Below are positions 39,123-53,447 of a stretch of DNA of 64,000 bases, piece after piece. A model generated the notes under the pieces. The model was not told the origin of the DNA, searched no databases, and saw nothing but the letters and a program-made list of their open reading frames with translations. Source of the DNA: Callorhinchus milii (lineage: Eukaryota); contig NW_024704743.1 in the NCBI RefSeq assembly GCF_018977255.1, forward strand, positions 64,110,001 through 64,174,000. Direction: 5' to 3'. The position numbers and the translations under genes are program-made. Positions within the stretch are counted from its first letter, which is position 1. Every line of letters begins with the position of its first letter.

Positions 39123-39726
39123 TTAACTTTGAGACATTGAATTCCCAACCTAGCCTGACATCCAATACAGGGTCCTGGCCAACAATCCCTGGATAAAATT
39201 GGTCTCTCACTTCATAGCTATTTATGGTACATTGCTGTGTGCAAATTGGCTGCAATGATCAAGTACAAGATATACAGTCAATATGCGTTACAGCAATTAC
39301 TGTGATATTCTCTGAGATGACCTCCGAACATGAAAGATGTTATATCAAGTCCAAAGATTATTATTATTTAACATTACAATGAATTTTAATGCTTAGATGA
39401 AATCGCAACTGAAATTACACCCACATGGATACAAAATGTGCCAAATGCCTTTATTGGTAACTCCTAATACATATCAATATTGGATGCAGAATGCAAGATT
39501 CGGAGTATCTAACTGTAAGTTGTTGCTTTTGTGTTTGCATTGCATCCAAAGGAGAAATTTACTGTGATCAATCACTTACATTTTTTTAAAACTGTAAAGC
39601 ACGCTTAATAGAATTAATCATTGAAGAGAGACCTTGAATCATTCAAATGTTCCTTTCTTTTATTGCAGGATTGTAGGGGTTCTGTTTAAAAGCAGTGAGA
39701 GTGCCTCCAAGTGTTGAAGAGCCACA

Positions 39727-39804
39727 ATGAGTAGATCAGAAGCCAAAGTGACTGAAGGGGGACTCAACGTCACTCTTACAATCCGCCTACTTATGCATGG
39801 AAAG
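39727..39804 (+). CDS. PCBP3: Poly(rC)-binding protein 3(-like), coding exon 1 (MSRSEAKVTEGGLNVTLTIRLLMHGK); exon begins at 39669 with 58 nt of 5'UTR
   Basis: Acceptor ttcttttattgcag ends 39668; gccacaATG context with an in-frame TGA at 39715-39717 upstream; translation matches the PCBP N-terminus/KH1 start (EGGLNVTLTIRLLMHGK); donor AAG|gtacag. Confidence 0.93.
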
Positions 39805-42800
39805 GTACAGTGATAACGACAACAAATGGCAACACAAGGCTATGTCTAAGACCATGTGTAAATTGCTTATTGACTTTGAAGTAAATGTGCCTGGGATCCT
39901 AACATTGGGGCGTTACCAACCCAAGGCTATGTAATAAAAAACTCATGGTTTACAGAACGGGATTATGGTCAAAAATCGGATTAGGAAAAAAAAGATTTTT
40001 ATCTTAATGTTCTTGCTGTACTGTACAGGGTATTACATTACTTTTCCTTATTTGTGGAACTCCTTAGACTGACATTGACGCTTGAAGCTTCTTATGATTT
40101 TATATAAATTGTGGGCCTCCATCTGTCTAAGGAATGCCGAAGAAAATATTGGCTAGGTCAAGATACTGCGTTGGTAGATTTGAACCACGTGTTGTATCAT
40201 TATTTTTTGATATTTCACTATATTCCTACAGGGACGATTTCCTTCCTATATCATTTAGCTATTCAGTAGCATTGTACACTTTCAGTAGCTCAGCTTGGAG
40301 CCAGCAGAATTTGCTCTCAAGAAAATGGAAGGCAACATCAAATGCCAGGTATTACCTGGACTGGTTTCAATTGTAGAATAATAAATGTTTACAAACATTG
40401 GCATAACTGGATCTCAGATCTCAGAAAAGTAGACGTGTGTTACAAATATTGGTGTAACTTTGGGTCAGAAATGTGTTGCTTGCTCTTGATGACCTTCCTC
40501 TCCAGATGAGATAGCATTGGCTCAACACAAATTTATTCATAATTTTGCACAGCAAATCATTGCCAAATCCCAGTGGTTCACCATGAAATATAGTGTAATG
40601 CAATATTATCAATCGCATCATGTGATTTTTTTTGGTCAGCTGAGTGTCTGACATATGCAGAAGTCCATCACTATGCTGAAGAGTATTCAAACCAAACTGA
40701 GAATTCCATGCATCCCACCTACACATGGAAATCCCAGATTGTTGGAATGGAATGTGCACTCTCTCCCTGGAAAGATGCATCCTGCTTACCTAATTCCGGA
40801 AAGTATTAGATGCACTTTGGGAAGAGCCAATTCTTCGGGACCCCAGAGTATGCTTTGGGGTGGTGCTGGATGGGGTCTAAGCAACTAAAAAACACATAGC
40901 TTTATATAGCACTGTCTGGCAGGCTTTCCTGATGCGTGTCCAGCTCAGATCACCCTACCCTGTTAGGGCTTTGGCTTGCAGGATTAACAGGAGCTGAGTG
41001 GGAGTATTCCCTCCCCCTGTGACTGATCTGCCCTTCCAGGTCCTGTCGATGTGCCAGGCTGGCTGTCCCCTGGAATACTGCGAACCCACCTGCCTCAGGA
41101 ACCAGACTACTAAGAGTGCCACAGAGGGCTAGCTTGATTCTGATATGCCGTTGCCAAGCATGTCATCTTGGGGACTGTTCAGCTCCAAGGAGACTCCACC
41201 CAACTTATCTTCTCCCTCCCCCTCCCCAAGGAGGATAGTCACTAGTTGGTTATGTGACATCCGACAAGTGTGAATTTGAGCCCTCACTAGGTAGATGGCA
41301 GGTAGCAGGAACTTCCTGATGGACAATGCAACTCAGCATGAAATGTGTGAGAGCATTACCCCCAGATAATTCTACTTATAGAGAATTAATTCCCATTCAC
41401 CAAATGGTGACGTTCAATTCTATGAGACCAGATGCCAGTTATTTCATGCCAGGAATCCCTTGTTTGATGAATTCCCAATCTTACCTGTCCAAGCAAATCC
41501 AAGCAAATCCAAGCACTGTCTACCAGGGCCAGAGAGACGCTTGGATGTTGTGTATCCTGTTCACCCCCAAAATAACATTGACAAAGATGTGATAGCACAT
41601 TGCCTGCCTGCTGTTTCAGATGGTATATGTTATAGGTGTAAGACAAAAATGGAAAATAATTTGGTAAAATCCTATTCAATGTAACCTTTTAATAATGGTA
41701 CTTAGGGAAATTTCAGGTTTTCTGGCTGGAGTTTTTTTCTTGCTTTCACAGTCTGTGCTAACTTTTTTAGTTGTAGATTTATTTCTAGGCCATTATCTGG
41801 CAAAGAAGCATGAAATCCACACTCTCGCCTGAGCTGATTCACAATTTCTCACATCAAAGCGCTCAAGCCTATCTGTCTCCTCAGGGCCAATTCCTTATAG
41901 ATCCCTTAGGATAATAAAGCTAAACCTATAGAATATGCATTCATCCTACATTTCCACTATTGAACAGCCTTGCAGAATAGAACATATTTTGTGTCTTGAA
42001 ATATTTGATTGAAACAGATCTAGTGATTTTGCACCATTGGCTGTAGAGTGTTTGGTCTCCTCCAAATCTAGGGAGTGCCAATCATTGAATTACATCAACA
42101 AGACCAACTTGCATTCATATAGCAGCCTTCACACAGGATAATGTCTCAGAGCATTGCACAATGGTGGGGTTGGACACTGAGCAAGGAGGTGGGGGTGAGC
42201 GTAGTTGCAGTCAAAGAGGCATCACGTAATTCAGCACTCCCAATTTTATCTGAATCGGGTTTTGCATGTTATATCTGTTGACTTGCACAAGTGTCGTGCC
42301 TGTGGATACATTTAAGGCAGATGAAGAATGGCACATACATGGATTCTGAGATGCTGTGTTAGTTCTAGCTGTAATGCTGCTATTGAAATGGGGCTATTGC
42401 TGGGACACCTCCTTGGTTGAGATGTGATGCTAAATTAGAATGAAAGGTCACTGTTCCATTCTTTGAAATATATTCCAAATTTATATGCAAAACTCTTCAG
42501 GAAACATGAGTGTACCGTTTAATGAGGTATTAGGAGCTGTTGTGGGGTTTTAAAATTTTATGATTATGTGTGTACATTATAATTATTTTTGATAGCCCAG
42601 TAGTGGTGAACACATCCTTACAGTGATGCTGGGCTTTGTGCCACTTTCTTTTGTAATCAGCAGCACAACTCATACAAGAGTGTTTATTAGAACTTCATTC
42701 ATTGTGTATCTGTACCAAAATGCCTCCATCTGAGTGGTGCAGAACTACAATAATTCAAAGTTCCCATGGTGTTAGACTGAAGATCATTGTCTTGAAATGT

Positions 42801-43529
42801 AATCTTGTATGGAATTTTGAAAATGTCTTATATTAAGTCTTACTTGAAAGCTTGTTTTCTGGCAGGTCTTTTACGAAAGACTGAAAACTTGCAGCTTCCA
42901 AATGAAAAATGAAGAATACAAATACAACAAATACAAATCTACATTTATATAGCACCTCTCGTGTCAGGAAGACGTCACAAGATGCTTAACAATCCTGCCT
43001 GTTGTGAGAGTCCAAATTACGACCGTTATTCAACATTTTGGTCAATCAGATGTCTGACACATGTGGAAACCCATCACCATGCTTAAGGATATCCAAACCA
43101 AACTAAGAGTTCCATGCATCCCACCTACATAATGGAAATTCCATAGATATTTATTGGAATGGAATGCGCGCTTGGTGGGACAGGCCTGGGGACCCCGGAG
43201 TGTGCGTTGTGGTACTGCTGCAGTGTCACCAGCTAAAACCATATAACTTACCATTGATAGCACTGTCTGGCAAGTAGCTTGTTTAAAGGCAAGTCTTTAT
43301 AACTTGTACAACTACTATTTCATGTTGAAGGGACCTGATAAGGTTGTAGATAGTGAAATGAAAATGGTTAGTTACTTGGATGATGATCTAAAAATACTAT
43401 TATTCTGGCTGCATATCTCCACACAGTGAGTTGTAGAACTCAGCCAGGCTGTCTGGGAAGGTGTCAAGTAGAGAGAAGAAAATTACGAGGATGATTCAGC
43501 TTCACGCCATGCTCAGACACATAGTACAT

Positions 43530-44000
43530 ACATTTACGTGGAGTGATACAGCATAGAAACAGGCCATTCTGGTTTATACTCCACATGTGTTCCCATCCCT
43601 GCTATTCCCCTTGCCTATAACCCTCTATTCCTGTGGTAGTCAACCTTTTTTGGTCGGCCAACCAAATAAAGTTTATTGATTGAACATTTCTTGAATTATG
43701 GCCACACCATCAATATCGCCACTCAGTAGCTACTGGAAACAAAACATTGATTTAAAACAGACTAACCTAAACTAGTGTGAATGTTCGGTGGGCCACTTCT
43801 TGACAGCCCTGCAGGCCACAGGTTGGCCACCACTGCTCTCTTCCCTTCTCTCTTATGTGTGCTCCAAGTTCTCTTTTAAATTCATTTATGCTTCTTGCTT
43901 CAAACACAGCTTCTGACAATGAATTCCCTATTCACACCACCCTTTGCATTAAAAAGTTTGTCCTAAACTCTTGCCTATTAGACCTACTGTTATCTTTCTT
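43530..44000 (-). mobile_element. CR1 3' fragment hosting the hAT MITE
   Basis: Minus-strand RQEFRTNFLMQRVV; tail acagcatagaaacaggccatt. Confidence 0.7.
43631..43835. mobile_element. hAT (Charlie-like) MITE inserted in a CR1 fragment
   Basis: Imperfect TIRs CTGTGGTAGTCAACCT / AGGTTGGCCACCACTG; 8-bp TSD ctctattc/ctctcttc. Confidence 0.75.
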
Positions 44001-46904
44001 ATATTTTTGCTCTCTTGTTTTGCATTCAATTACCCTTAGGCATTGAAATTTTACATTAAATGACGAAAGGATATCAATACTACAATAAATATTATCAATG
44101 GAATGTAGTTCTTTTGTACTTGAATTAAAAATTAAAAATTCTCCCCCCCCCCCCCCCCCCGCCTCTCCACACACACAAAATAATGATGGAGATCCAGCAG
44201 TTTGTTGTCAAGTGGCCTGGGGTGTCTGAAGCACTGAGTGAGAGTAGGAGAGGGGAATGAATAGGGGAGTAGATAGTAATAATGTGCATTGTGAGGCAAA
44301 CAAGGAATGTTGCGGATGGATTGAACCATTTATACTTTTTACTTTAGTGATCTTCACTGGCAATTGAAGCCACAGCTCTATTTCCCTTTAGAAGTGTTTA
44401 TATAACTTGATTTTCCTTCTGGCTCCATCCCCATTTGTAACTTGCAGTCCTCTTTTACAAAGCGAACAAATCCAATCTCTTTAATCTTTCTTTATAACTT
44501 AGATTCCTCTTGATTGCTCTGTGTCCTCTCAAGGACTGTAATATCTTCTGAAGATTAGGTGACTAAAACTGCATCCACTATTCCGGATAAGTCTAACCCA
44601 ATACATTATGCACATAAAAGGTTTAAATGACAATCTTGTAAAACTGCATTTAATGTGTTTGTCGGATAACATTTTTACATCACAAGCTCATGAATGATGA
44701 GTGCAGTATATTTTTTCAAATGCTATTAATAGCTGATCTTTTTTCTCCTGCACTACATTACAATAAATCTCTGAATTTTCTTTGTGCAATGCAGACATAT
44801 CTAGCCTATTGAATACTGCATTTTCACTCCACCTTTCAAAATGACTTTCTGCAGATTTCAAGTTGAGCAATAATGTAGTCACAATGGTAAATTGAGGATA
44901 ACTGACTGTTTGAAGGATTAATTAATCATTTATCTTATTTTCACTTTCCTACATGAGCAAAGCCTTGTTATTGCTGCTTGTTCATGAACTCCTGAAAAAA
45001 TTAGCCGTGTCAGTTTTACAACAAGAGAATCGGAATCCTGTGCAGTATTTCAAATTGAGTATAAAATGGTGATTTGGAGCCATTGTAAAACTATCGTACT
45101 GTAAGAGTCTCCACGTTTTGATTGAATTCATATTAATATATAACAGAATTTTAGTAGGTATTGGGCATCAATCTTTAATGCAATATAATTTTAAAAGTAT
45201 AATTTAATTATACATTTATGTTGTATTATTTATCATTTAAAATTATTTTAGTTATTTATAAGCACAGTGGAATAAACAAGTTCTGAGCAGAGTAGAATAT
45301 GCTTGAGCCTCATCAACTATTTTCACTACATAAGAACAAAATAACCTGTGTTTCCAAATGATAAACATAGATTCTTTATGCCAGTCTAGTATAATGGAGC
45401 ACGCGTGCAAATTTTAACATTGACCCATTTAAATTGCTTTAATTTACGAATAATTTGCATATCCAAACTGGATCAGGGATAAACAATTAATTTATGAAAG
45501 AAGAGAAATTGAACCTCAAAGGAATATATTTTCTATGAAATGGGATTGTGAAATGTATTATCTAGCTACAAGAGCACTAAATATTTATTGATAGCAAACA
45601 ATATTAGAATCTATACAGCACTGTGAGAAAACATCCTTGGAACATATTGCAAATGATCCATTGATAATGCTGTGGTGATGACATGAGAAATACAATACAT
45701 TTAATATTCTCTTGCAAACAACACAACTCACAGCATTAAGATACCGTAACTAACTCAGCAATATAAGAAACAGATGTTCTAATTTTTAGATTAAGAGAAC
45801 ATGTGCTGTGTTTGATTTATCGGATCTCAGGAAGTGCGGGAAACAACATGTTCAAGGATGTAATGTAATCTCAGAGTTCTGGTGATGGCTATAAATCTGC
45901 ACTGTTTCGCTCTCGTGTTGGGATGTCGTCTGAACTCCTTGATTACATTAAAGGCTCATGCTTCACATCCAGAACCTATTATTTGATATAAACCTGAGAG
46001 AGGTATATGTTGGAGTTGAATTTATATTATTTGTATTATGTTACGGACGTTGTCACAAAACTGAGCATCACAAAGGCTTTGAAGTCTTCAAATAAGAGAA
46101 TGTTATACTACTGGAAAGACTATTCACCATTGCTTGGGAGAAAATATAATACAATTCACATTTATATAGTGCCTTTCAAGTTAGATGGACATCTCAAAAC
46201 ATTTGATATATGAAGAGCACCCATAATTTTATAGGTTTCGTATCAATGTACTTGAACTTCATTTGGATGACAAGTCGACAAAGGCTTTTGACCATTTAAA
46301 AAGTACAATTGTTAAAAATAAAATGTAAAAATCTTGGGAGAGGGGTATGTAGCAGTGGAGCAGCATTAGAGCAGCAATATTCAGTGCCGTAAGATTCACC
46401 CTTATTATTTCCAATTGTGACTTTATAAATTGGTCGTGTGTTTGTCGGAAATGAGGAACAGAGACTAATTGCTTCACTACAAAGAGGGAGAATTATTCCG
46501 AACTCATCTAAAGGAAACTCACAGGGGTCTATTACAGGTCAGCACTTGCAGAGATCTGAAAGTAAATCAACTCCTTGTCCTCTCACCCCAAATGCTTATT
46601 TGGTCATCTATAACTCGGGGAAGTCCTTGAAGGCTTAAATCTGCCATTTCTACTTTCAATGACAATCTAATTCCAGTTTGTGAATACAGATTCGGAGAAA
46701 ATGACATTTGGTGAGAGAAAGCGGAAAGCTTCGAAATTTGAACAAACCGATTTCATTTTCATTCCTTTACACGATCTTTCTAAAATATTCTTTACAAGTG
46801 TCTTTTTCCTCATTTCTCAACAAAGGCAGGTAAGAGAATAAACTGAATATTATTTACAAATGAATGGAAAAAAGATAAAATGTAGCAAGGGAATTTCTCT
46901 TTGT

Positions 46905-47293
46905 CCCAAGGTCACAGGATATATTGTGAAGTAGAATGACTGCATATTTGGTGGGTGAATGCAGTACAACAACAAACCAATTTTGCACACAGCATCGTCC
47001 CACAAACTGCCATAGAATGAATCTATGTTTTATCTGGGGATTGTTGGCTAAGACAGTGGGAGAAACTCTGTTCTCTTTTCAAATAGTGCCACGGGATCTT
47101 TAACATTCACCTAAACAGGGGCCTTGGTTTAACGTCTCATCTGAAGGATGGCACCTCCAACAATACAGAACTCCCCGAGGTCTGCATTGGAGTGTCACCT
47201 CAGACTATATGAGTGTCAAGTCTCGACGTAGGGCTTGAATCCACAACCTTCTGACTCAGAGGTGAGAGTGTTATCGCTGAGCCAGGCTGACAC
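46905..47293 (-). mobile_element. Near full-length older Deu-SINE
   Basis: Minus-strand head GTGTCAGCCTGGCTCAGCG...GGATTCAAGCCC followed by a full Deu core. Confidence 0.8.
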
Positions 47294-47625
47294 AGTATTT
47301 ACCATTGATAAGCCATTGCCCTTGTGCAAATTAATCCATTAGTTATATTAACTTAGAAAACACATTGGGCTTGTTATGCACCATATGTTAACCATGAGTA
47401 AACCAGTCACTGCACTGTGTGCTTTGAGACATCCTTGCAAAATGCAAGGAGGTCTATCAAATGCAAGTATCATTATTAATTTACCATTTAAAGTGATGCT
47501 CTGAAAATTACTGCAATTGGTAAATGATCAACTGCATTTTGTTTACTTTAGAGGATTCTATTTCAGAAAAATTAGATCTTTAACTCATCCTTAACACAGC
47601 ATTCTTTCTGTTTTGTTTTCTACAG

Positions 47626-47649
47626 GAAGTTGGAAGCATTATTGGAAAG
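47626..47649 (+). CDS. PCBP3: PCBP3(-like) coding exon 2, 24-nt microexon (EVGSIIGK)
   Basis: ttttctacag|GAAGTT...GGAAAG|gttagt; phase 0-0; KH1 motif. Confidence 0.95.
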
Positions 47650-47700
47650 GTTAGTCACCTTAGTTTTCAGTCCACCCCCATCCTGTTTCCTATGTTTTGA

Positions 47701-48069
<369 letters not shown>

Positions 48070-48559
48070 TAAAGGTGTGTGAATAACTTAACTGCATAGG
48101 GTGTTGGCCTGGCTTGGGCTGGTACAATCAGTCTTAATGTCCTTAAGGTAGGCAAAAAATCAACTAAGGATGACACATCTGAGCACTATCCAGTCGCTGA
48201 GGCTGGAAAATGCATGTGTGGAGACAGGATATCCATTGATAGGAGAGTCAGGGACTACAGCACTTAGTTATAAGATAGCCATAGGAACAGCAAAAGGAGA
48301 ACTTAAGAGTGGTTGGGATGTGCAATGCCCTGCAGAGTAGGGCGGTTGAGACAGAGTCATTTGCAGGTTTCAAGAGAAAAGTAGACATGTACATGAAATC
48401 GGGGTTATGGGAATAAGACGGGGCAGTGAATGAACCACATATATGTGGAATATATGAATAAACCACATATTGAACCCCAGCCAAAAAAAATAATAGTAAG
48501 AGTCTAAAAATTGTACAGGGCTATTTCAAAGAAATCATTTGAAATAAATAATGAAGAGG

Positions 48560-49385
48560 AATGCAGAATAGTACAGGAAGACATAACCAGAATAGCAGAA
48601 TGGACAGATGGCAAATGAAGTTTAAGAGAGGAAAATGCAAAGTACTTAACTTCAGCAGAAACAATAAGGAAGCTGTCTATAGCCGAGAAAGATGGTCGTG
48701 ACCTAAGATGAGTAGAGGAGGAAAGAGATCTGGGGATTCAGATCCAAAAATCTCGAAAAGCCTTATACAGATAGATAAGGCTATAAAAGAGGCAATGGAA
48801 TCTTTGGCTCTTTTTTCCATGGGGTAGAGTTTAAAACAGGTGATGTCGAATTTATATGAAACCTTGATTAGACCACGTTTGGAGTACAAAGTACAAGGAT
48901 ATAGATTGATGGACTGAGTACAGAATAGTTTTACGAGGATGATACCAAGCCTGGCACATTACTGTTGTTAAGATAGACTGGATAGGTGAGGTCTTTTTTC
49001 GCTAGAGATGAGACGTTTAAGAGGAGACCTAGTAGAGTGTTTAAGATTTCAAAAGGGTTTAATAAGGTCGACATAAATAGGCTATTCTCACTGGCTGGGA
49101 AGTCCGTAACCAGGGGATACAAGTACTATATAAGATAGCAACTAAAGGATCTAAAGGAGAATTTAGGAAGAACTATTGCACGCAGAGGGCAGTGAGAATG
49201 CAGAACTCGCTGCCTGAAGTGGTGATTGAATCAGATAGTGTAGAGACATTTAAGAGGAAACTAGCCCTTCAAGTGAAGGAGAAGGGAATAGAAACATATA
49301 GGAAGGAGTAAGGAGGTGGGTGGCGAATAAAAAACATTATACACTACTTGGGCCGATTATCCTGTTTCTGAGCTATACATTCTTT
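48560..49385 (+). mobile_element. CR1 LINE 3' fragment, degenerate
   Basis: Remnants of WQMKF..KCKV, LIRPRLEY and TRGYKY; CR1 tail. Confidence 0.8.
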
Positions 49386-50118
49386 GCAAATTTTGTTAGT
49401 GTGAGTTCAAATCCCATATCGAAGACTTTAACATCATAATCTAAGATAACACTCCTTCAGATGAGGGTATTAATTTGAGTTCCGTCTGCCCTGTTCAGTT
49501 GGATGTAAAGGAACCCAGTGATTCAATTCCACAAGAAAAGGAATTTCCCTCAGTGTGCTGGCCGTTAAACCCTGAGTTCAATTTGGCATTCACCTGCTGG
49601 CTGTTGCATCCACCCATACATGTACAGTCACTACAGTTAACCTTAAATACTACGAAACTTGGATATGTTTCCACATAAGGCGCTGCATCAAGTGCTTAGG
49701 GTCACCTTCCCGTCCGCCTCCCCACCCATCCCCCTCCAGCTCGGGGTCAGGCTCTACCACTGTTGGTAGAGTGCTCAAAGTGCTTTGAGACGCTACCCTG
49801 TGTGGAGGGTGCTATATAAGTGCAAGTTGTTGTATTATGGTGATGATTAAAGTAATTATGTCAACATTTAGCACCATACAACGTGTTGAGATTTTCTGAA
49901 GATTTTTTTCTCTTTCAACGTGTTTAATATTTCGTTATTTTCTGGTATAAGCTCATTGCTTTGCCATCTGTTTGAGATTCTTCGAGCAGCGCTCATTTGC
50001 CCTGAAACCCAGGCTGAGCCTCATGTACATCCTCCTTTCTAGCTACTGTATCTGCTTTAATCCTAGATTGCTGTGTTGAGGATTAAAGTTTTAAGTGGAG
50101 TGACAAATCCCAGACTAA

Positions 50119-50304
<186 letters not shown>

Positions 50305-50609
50305 TAATGGTCCTTCTGATATCTATCTGATGAAATATAAATACCGTATAGAACCCTTATTCTGGTGAGGGCGTCTGGGGGCGAAGCAGATGACATCACC
50401 TATTTTGCACAGCATTATAAGAGCATTATAAGAGCATTGGTAAGAGTCCATCTACAGTAAATGACCATGAAGACTGTATTGTAGGTTGGTTCAAATAATG
50501 CTATTAGTATTGACACGGGACCTTTCCTCCTGGTTATCCTGGTTTACAGTCGCTTCAATTCAAATTTACTTCCCAAATTGAAATAAATGAATTGGCTGCT
50601 AATATCATT

Positions 50610-50656
50610 GTTGTTTGTTTGTTTGTGTGTTTGTTTGTGTGTTTGTTTGTTTGTTT
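50610..50656. repeat. (GTTT)n/(GT) microsatellite
   Basis: Seen directly. Confidence 0.85.
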
Positions 50657-51127
50657 ATTGGACATTACACATTAGCTTTCATATTTTCCTGTATAACAAC
50701 ACTGGCTTCATTTCTAATTAGTTATATTTGTAAAGGAGGTTGATTCAGTTCTTTTTGTGTGAAACATACATTATAAATGCAAGTTATTATTGTTGTTGTT
50801 CATTACAATTACCAACATCGTAACGTTTTGCATTTGGTAAATTATTCTATTCTCCCTGGAATTGAATAGAGACTGTTTGACCACATATAACTTAGAGTCT
50901 GCAGAGGGAGGAATTGTTCATCCCATCGGTCTGATCTGGGTTTGACCCAGATACAAGATAATATAATCCTTACATTTGATACAACACCTTTCATGTCGGG
51001 AGGACATTTCAACACTTCAGAGGATTTGCTGCAAAGTGCAGTGACTGTATTTGATAGGTGAGATGAAAGGACAATGTGCTAACCTGCACCACATAGTCAT
51101 GGGATTAATTATTTTAAGTATTTAAAT

Positions 51128-51231
51128 CAGTGCTGTCCAACCCATGGGCCATGGGGCCGTCAAGAGGATTAAGTGAGCATTTTTAAATCAATGTTTTGTT
51201 TCCATTCTTTTCAAAAAGGTTGGCATCACTG
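51128..51231. mobile_element. Shorter hAT MITE of the same family, opposite orientation
   Basis: CAGTGCTGTCCAACC...GGTTGGCATCACTG termini; TSD atttaaat/ctttaaat; internal ttttaaatcaatgttttgtttcca is the reverse complement of about 43734-43757. Confidence 0.7.
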
Positions 51232-51712
51232 CTTTAAATTGACATTTAACTTCCAGCAGACACACCTCTCCTCTGCAACACTATTGGGATCTTTGGCTTA
51301 GTTTGTGTAAACACTTGAATTTTTGATAAGTCGAGTTTTACATTTATTTTGTAAAGAATAATATCTCCTGCCTGGCTGTGGAATTCTGTCATGTACCCCT
51401 ACATGGCTAAATATTGCTGCCTGATGGAAACCAAACTGAGCTGGTACAAATGGTACAAATGACATTAACACCATGTCAAGCTGCTTTTAGGATGGAGGGA
51501 AACTTTGGAGTTTGGGATGATTTATATTAAATGCTATGTTTTCATCTGTACAGTCTTGTGATAATTGTGCACTTATTCCTCTTTCCTTATTATGTTATCT
51601 TATAGCTTTGACTCCTTGGGTTCACAGATCTGATGCTAGTTATAATCTTTGTTCCACAGAATACAGCAGAGTTCTCAAATATGTCCTGTAGACACACACT
51701 GTATCAGATGGT

Positions 51713-52029
51713 AATAATAATAATAATCCTTGCATTTGATATAGCACTTTTCTGTCGGGAGGACATCCCAAAGCGCTTCACAGAACACACTGTAAAGTGA
51801 ATTGACTGTACATTTGTGGGCGAACGCTGCAGCCAATTGCGCACAGCAATGTCCCATAAACATTGGTAGATTGAAAATGACCAATTTATTATTGTTTTTG
51901 GTTTTTTGGAGGGATTATTATTAGGTGTGTGGAGTAAGGAAACTTGCCCAAGGTTTCGCCCTGCCTGGAATTGAACTCAGGTCTCTCGCTTGCAAAGCGA
52001 GTGCTCTAACCACTGAGCTACAGGACTCC
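51713..52029 (-). mobile_element. Full-length young tRNA-derived SINE
   Basis: Minus strand GGAGTCCTGTAGCTCAGTGG (A box)...GAGTTCAATTCC (B box)...L2-like stem-loop...GGATTATTATT. Confidence 0.88.
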
Positions 52030-52078
52030 ACGATAACCAAGGACTCCATGATAACCAAGGACTCCATGATAACCAAGG
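52022..52078. repeat. 18-bp tandem repeat, 3 copies, at a SINE 5' junction
   Basis: aggactccaYgataacca x3. Confidence 0.9.
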
Positions 52079-52887
52079 CACATGCAAAATCCTATAGGAT
52101 TGAAATAGAATTTAAATTTGCCATGCACAATCTTGTTGAATTTATTTCCCAAACTGATAAGAATGTTACGGATCCTTTTGTCCTTTATAGTTCTTCAAAA
52201 GAATATCATAGTGATTGTTCTAAAATATATCTTCAAGCGGCCATACCAAAACTTAAACGATGAAGTTACCAAGGTGACTATATTGGCATTCTGTACAGGT
52301 AGCCCTAATAGGCATGAATTCAGAATCATTCAGCAGGTAGGTCTTGTTTATTCTGCACTCTCCACACATCAGGCTTGGTTCACGTTCTGGGGAAAACACA
52401 CATTTGTAGACTTGTGATAAATTGTGCATCAATTCATGTCGGGTGACACTACCCCAAATCCCTGCTTCTGTGCTCTATAGACAGTATTGTATAATAAGCT
52501 GCTGCTTTGATGCATGTACTCAGTTTTAATAATATCTTTAATAAAATCCATGGGATCATTTGCACCATCTGATGCGTAGAACATCATAAAGGTCAAAATG
52601 ATCACGTTTGTTCTCCAACAATATGAGGCAAGGCTGAAGTGCCTCTGGGCTTGTGTGGAGGAGGCTTCTTCAGAAATGAAGAAGATTTTTCAAGGTAGGT
52701 CATCTTTCTTTTTAATTGAAAATGTCTCGAATAAAATAATTCAGTCATTATCGACATCCAAAATGAAGCAGCGGATGGTTCTACTGAGCTTTCTATCACT
52801 GTTATTGAATTGTGCAATATCACTTCCTTCTATTCAAACTGTACTTGTAGAAGGATGTAAGTGTGCTTCTACTCTTCTGTTTTATAG

Positions 52888-53019
<132 letters not shown>

Positions 53020-53372
53020 TGACATAAGGAAAACAAACTGCAAAAGTACCGTGTCATTTGAAGTTTGCATTCAGTAGAATAATATCAAATCTGATGTAAT
53101 ACAACTGCCTACTATTGAGGCTGAATTATTGTAAAATTCTATAATTCTTTTATTCGTTAGTTGACCTTTTATTAAAATGTATCTTAAATTGTTGGTACTA
53201 ATACAATACAATGTACTGTTAATCATCAAGGCTATGAGATTAATGCTGTTTTATGAAAACTCATTTTGGAAAAGTTCCAAAAACAGGTCAAAAAGAATGA
53301 ATACCATTCAGTTTAGCGAGAAGATATGTAAATAAAACGATGCTTCTGTTGCTTTATGTTCCTTGTCTTTAG

Positions 53373-53447
53373 TCCCCACCCAAAGGCGCCACTATTCCCT
53401 ACCGCCCAAAGCCTGCCTCTGCACCCGTCATTTTTGCAGGTGGCCAG
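53373..53447 (+). CDS. PCBP3: PCBP3(-like) coding exon 7 (SPPKGATIPYRPKPASAPVIFAGGQ); alternative donor extends it to 53516
   Basis: tgtctttag acceptor, CAG|gtaaga donor; 75 nt; KH2-KH3 linker typical of PCBP3. Confidence 0.95.

Noticed and set aside
44143..44160. Pure poly-C run as a PCBP binding site
   Set aside because: Homopolymers are common (a poly-G run occurs at about 20.4 kb too), and this one is far from splice sites
51960..52029. tRNA-Ala(TGC)-like sequence (also about 1750-1819)
   Set aside because: It is the head of a SINE, continuing into Deu and L2-type tail sequence, not a standalone tRNA gene
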